This document shows, in pieces, positions 63,076 to 64,000 of a stretch of 64,000 nucleotides of DNA; position 1 is the first letter of the stretch; every line of letters begins with the position of its first letter. Under the pieces are notes generated by a model, which saw only the letters and a list, made by a program, of their open reading frames with translations, made no database searches and was not told the origin of the DNA. The stretch covers positions 241 to 64,240 of the IMG/VR virus record IMGVR_UViG_3300045988_124978; one strand, written 5' to 3'. Source of the DNA: a virus. The translations under genes and the position numbers were made by a program.

Positions 63076-63840
63076 GCGAGACCACTTTTTAGGCTGTTTT
63101 GAGTGTTTTGATACGTTTGGTAACAAGTTTTTCCATAAGATATTTTTCTCGCCAAAGAGTAATATCTTTAATCCTTGTCCTGCATAAGTGTTCTTTGACA
63201 TTGTATCTTTTTGAATTAGATATGCCAGCAAAAGATAATATCACTGGTAGATGCAAATACTAAAGTAGTGACACCATTGAGTTTGTTGGGGGACTGAATG
63301 TACTTAAAATTCCAAATGTTGTTTCTATGAGATCTGAAGAATTGTTGACAATCTTTGTGTTCTTTAGAAGTCCGTTTTCTTCTGAAAGATAGGAAAGGAA
63401 GCAGGTGCCAACCCTTTTCATTCTCTCATTTCCACACATTATAGTAACATTTATATGCATTCTGCATTTTGCTATAGTATTCTTACTCAACCCATTGTAC
63501 TTCATTTATGAGGTGCTATTCTTGTTTTTATAATATATTTTAACTGCGATATTTTGTAATACTATAGATTTCGTGTTAAATCTTATTTGAGATGTTAATT
63601 CGATACAATAGTAAAGCCATTTGGCTTGCCTATTTGTAACTTTTTTCTTAACATATATTTTATGCTATAAAGTAATATGTAAACATATACAAAAACTGAA
63701 TAACACAAAAAACTATTCCTACCACATTATTAGAAGCCTTGTAAATACATTCAATCTGCTCAATTTTTCTACTTATTTTATCCACAAAATACCTTTCCAA
63801 TTCCATATAATTATTAACCTAATTTCACATGAAAAAGGTC

Positions 63841-63989
63841 ACTCGGTCACTGGTCACTTGCACTTCGATTTTAATGTCAGAAAAAAAAAGAAGAAGTATA
63901 TAATATATTGATTATTAATAACTTATACATTAACATTCTTTTTTTCGAGAAAAATTTATTGAAAAGTGACCAGTGACCGAGTGACTTTT
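63841..63989. repeat. perfect 22-bp inverted repeat GTCACTCGGTCACTGGTCACTT / AAGTGACCAGTGACCGAGTGAC flanking a ~105-bp AT-rich spacer
   Basis: 63841-63862 and 63968-63989 are exact reverse complements; each arm contains three GTCAC units. Confidence 0.85.
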
Positions 63990-64000
63990 CTAAATAACAA

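Noticed and set aside
62814-63155. 113-aa minus-strand ORF in the right non-coding region
   Set aside because: Cys-rich low-complexity translation lying exactly over the GC-rich repeat/hairpin island; more plausibly non-coding (ncRNA or binding sites).
63260-63911. ORFs 63260..63505 (-) and 63621..63911 (+) in AT-rich DNA
   Set aside because: AT-rich low-complexity translations with no start context, overlapping the inverted-repeat element; likely spurious.

Overview
The window reads as a near-complete, densely packed phage genome segment of about 64 kb. Weak hints point to a Bacteroidota-infecting phage: lipoprotein lipoboxes, TAnnTTTG-like -7 motifs, an Amidase_3 endolysin and about 45% GC. 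Layout: (i) 1-611, a non-coding region with a (CG)5 palindrome and an array of CTACCCTTTTG iteron-like repeats. (ii) Three plus-strand genes, the third a 19.8-kb uninterrupted ORF for a 6603-aa 'polyvalent' multidomain protein. Its recognisable parts are a ParB/Srx-like domain, an inorganic-pyrophosphatase-like domain, an N6-adenine methyltransferase plus SF2 helicase (DarB-like) module, an HExxH metallopeptidase-like motif, tandem His-containing ~100-aa domains and a C-terminal TM/poly-Asp segment. (iii) A putative portal gene (+) and a divergent large terminase (-). (iv) Scaffold-like, capsid-like, tail-fibre (with an internal tandem duplication) and lysis-cassette genes (two overlapping membrane proteins plus an Amidase_3 endolysin), then three tandem paralogs. 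(v) A roughly 23-kb minus-strand block of early/replication/recombination genes, read here from its right end leftwards: AlpA-like HTH, RecT, a putative PD-(D/E)xK nuclease, SNF2 helicase, HU, DUF1064, DnaD-like and DnaC-like proteins, YopX, dUTPase, a tandemly duplicated and shuffled three-gene cassette, an SPFH/Band-7 lipoprotein with small TM proteins, and a 1009-aa protein. (vi) A regulatory patch with an XRE-family HTH gene. (vii) A 1.8-kb non-coding right end with GTCAC-type iterons, a perfect 22-bp inverted repeat and a GC-rich, possibly structured element. No integrase, rRNA, canonical tRNA or CRISPR array was found. All functional calls come from motif reading by eye and need confirmation by profile searches.
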